Notes under the pieces: generated by a model
The model's database searches: none
Seen by the model: only the letters and a program-made list of their open reading frames with translations
Told to the model about the DNA's origin: nothing
Program-made: the position numbers and the translations under genes
Assembly (NCBI GenBank): GCA_045587205.1
Contig: JAZNBV010000035.1
Coordinates: 3,372 to 35,371 of the forward strand
Length of the DNA: 32,000 nucleotides
Source of the DNA: Victivallaceae bacterium
GTDB lineage: Bacteria; Verrucomicrobiota; Lentisphaeria; Victivallales; Victivallaceae
Direction of reading: 5' to 3'
In this document: positions 30,762 to 32,000 of the stretch, one piece after another
Layout: each line of letters starts with the position of its first letter
How positions within the stretch are numbered: the first letter of the stretch is position 1

Positions 30762-32000
30762 TTATTCAATAACTTTTACAAGTTCACCATCTTTCAGCGC
30801 AGATTTATTTGCCGCCACGCCCATAGCCATATAGTGCGATGCCAGATCTACATCGATTTGAGGCTTGCGGTTTTCCGCCACACTTGAGCAGAATTCGTGA
30901 ACTAAATAGGGGTGCGAGCCGCCGTGACCGCGGGGAACAAAATCAGCATTCTGTTTATCTTTGCGTTCTTCTGGAGTCATACCGTCAAGCATCACCTGCC
31001 GGAAAGCTTCTTCGACTTCAACGGGAAATTTATCAAACATTTCTCCGGGAGTCATAACCTTTTTCTCGATCGGACGGACAGCATCCTTACCGGGACCGCG
31101 GAAATTTTCCTCCCACACATCCTGCGCAAAACTCCCGGCGGTTCCGACAATACGGAATGTCTCCGTATCTTTGCGGTCGAGTGCAGACATACCGCATTCG
31201 CGGTATTCGCAAACGCGGAACGACGCGCCGTTTTCCAGCTGAAAAAGCGCCGTTACATTGGAAAAATCAGCATTGGCAAAAAATGGATCGCAAGTCTGAT
31301 TGCAAAATCCGTATGCCGAAACCTTCACCGCACGCGTATTCATCACCGCCAACGGCCCGGAAACCGAGTGTGTGGGGTAGAACATCGGGCTGGTGCGGAT
31401 ATTCCTTTCGTAATAAGGCTGCATAAGTTTATTGAACTGTTCGCCTATAAACCCGGTGGTTCTTGAGCGCATAACTTCGCGCAGAGAACAGGGTGCATCA
31501 ACATCGTGCGTGTAATCGCCTTCAGCATAGATAAAACTGCCGAATCTGCCTTCGGCTGCCATCCGGCGGCAGAACATTGTCTGCGGATGGAAATATGTAG
31601 TTTCACCGAGCATATAGTGTCTGCCGGACTTTTTCACGGCCTCGCGCAGTTTGCCGCACCATTCAAGGATCTCATCGCCATCGGGTATTTCAATGACCGG
31701 TACAGCACTGTAAACCGACTTGCCGCTTTCCAGAGCCTGAATGCATTGCGGTGCGTGAAGCCACGGCTGGGTAATAATGACCAGCGCATCAAAATCGGCT
31801 TTGCAGATATCATCCAGCGAGGTATAAATATCTTTGGTTGAAAGTTTATCCTGCATAAAGGGGTCGTTGGCAAATTTTTCAAGTTTGCTTTTTTCAAAGT
31901 CACACAATCCGATGCGGCTGACCGCCGGATGCGCTTTAAATAGTTTGGCAAATGCTGAACCGAATGATCCTAAACCGACCAGACCGATACTTATACCCAT
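30762..32000 (-). CDS. Gfo/Idh/MocA family NAD(P)-dependent oxidoreductase
   Basis: The N-terminal Rossmann motif is IGLVGLGSFGSAFAKLF...RIGLCD, and the length is typical. The ATG falls exactly at the window edge (32000-31998), so an upstream extension cannot be excluded. Confidence 0.75.
   Translation of the reverse strand: MGISIGLVGLGSFGSAFAKLFKAHPAVSRIGLCDFEKSKLEKFANDPFMQDKLSTKDIYTSLDDICKADFDALVIITQPWLHAPQCIQALESGKSVYSAVPVIEIPDGDEILEWCGKLREAVKKSGRHYMLGETTYFHPQTMFCRRMAAEGRFGSFIYAEGDYTHDVDAPCSLREVMRSRTTGFIGEQFNKLMQPYYERNIRTSPMFYPTHSVSGPLAVMNTRAVKVSAYGFCNQTCDPFFANADFSNVTALFQLENGASFRVCEYRECGMSALDRKDTETFRIVGTAGSFAQDVWEENFRGPGKDAVRPIEKKVMTPGEMFDKFPVEVEEAFRQVMLDGMTPEERKDKQNADFVPRGHGGSHPYLVHEFCSSVAENRKPQIDVDLASHYMAMGVAANKSALKDGELVKVIE

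Noticed and set aside
1-32000. Looked for CRISPR arrays, tRNA/rRNA genes, IS elements, integrases and long direct or inverted terminal repeats.
   Set aside because: I saw none by eye. No regularly spaced repeats, no cloverleaf-like conserved tRNA motifs in the intergenic gaps, and no transposase- or integrase-like ORFs. Visual scanning can miss small or degenerate elements.

Overview
This is a densely coded bacterial chromosomal window with 27 CDS, 22 of them on the minus strand. By eye I found no rRNA, tRNA, CRISPR array, transposase or integrase. GC looks moderate. Taxon cannot be determined from sequence alone; gene content loosely suggests an anaerobic glycan-degrading bacterium, and that is only a guess.

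The ORF track translates TTG/GTG starts as M, so I re-read the start codons and trimmed several N-termini.

Gene order, left to right:
- A tightly packed minus-strand string runs DUF1805, pdxB, O-antigen-ligase-like/TPR membrane protein, ceramidase-like hydrolase, then mutM (truncated at the window edge).
- A plus-strand nifU-like and hslO pair follows.
- A plus-strand three-gene module comes next: a second ceramidase-like hydrolase, an 824-aa DUF2339-like polytopic membrane protein and a 455-aa DUF3999-like anchored exoprotein. It sits behind a near-consensus TTGACA-N17-TATATT promoter.
- A minus-strand 805-aa secreted multi-domain glycoside-hydrolase-like protein follows.
- The L-rhamnose catabolic operon is rhaA, bifunctional aldolase/dehydrogenase (RhaEW-type), a PHP-like protein of unknown role, then rhaB.
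- Upstream of it lie a ROK-like kinase and a PurF-like amidophosphoribosyltransferase that lacks the N-terminal Cys nucleophile.
- An orphan two-gene cassette (145-aa HDxxY protein plus 56-aa membrane peptide) is bracketed by hairpins.
- The remainder is GNAT plus MFS, pyrR-pyrB, rmuC, an SGNH hydrolase, a second GNAT and a Gfo/Idh/MocA oxidoreductase.

The best candidates for undescribed biology are:
- the ceramidase-like/DUF2339/DUF3999 module, together with its paralogous ceramidase-like/Wzy-like pair;
- the PHP-like gene embedded in the rhamnose operon;
- the Cys-less PurF-like/ROK-like pair;
- the hairpin-bracketed two-gene cassette.

All family assignments come from motif recognition by eye. 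No database search was run.
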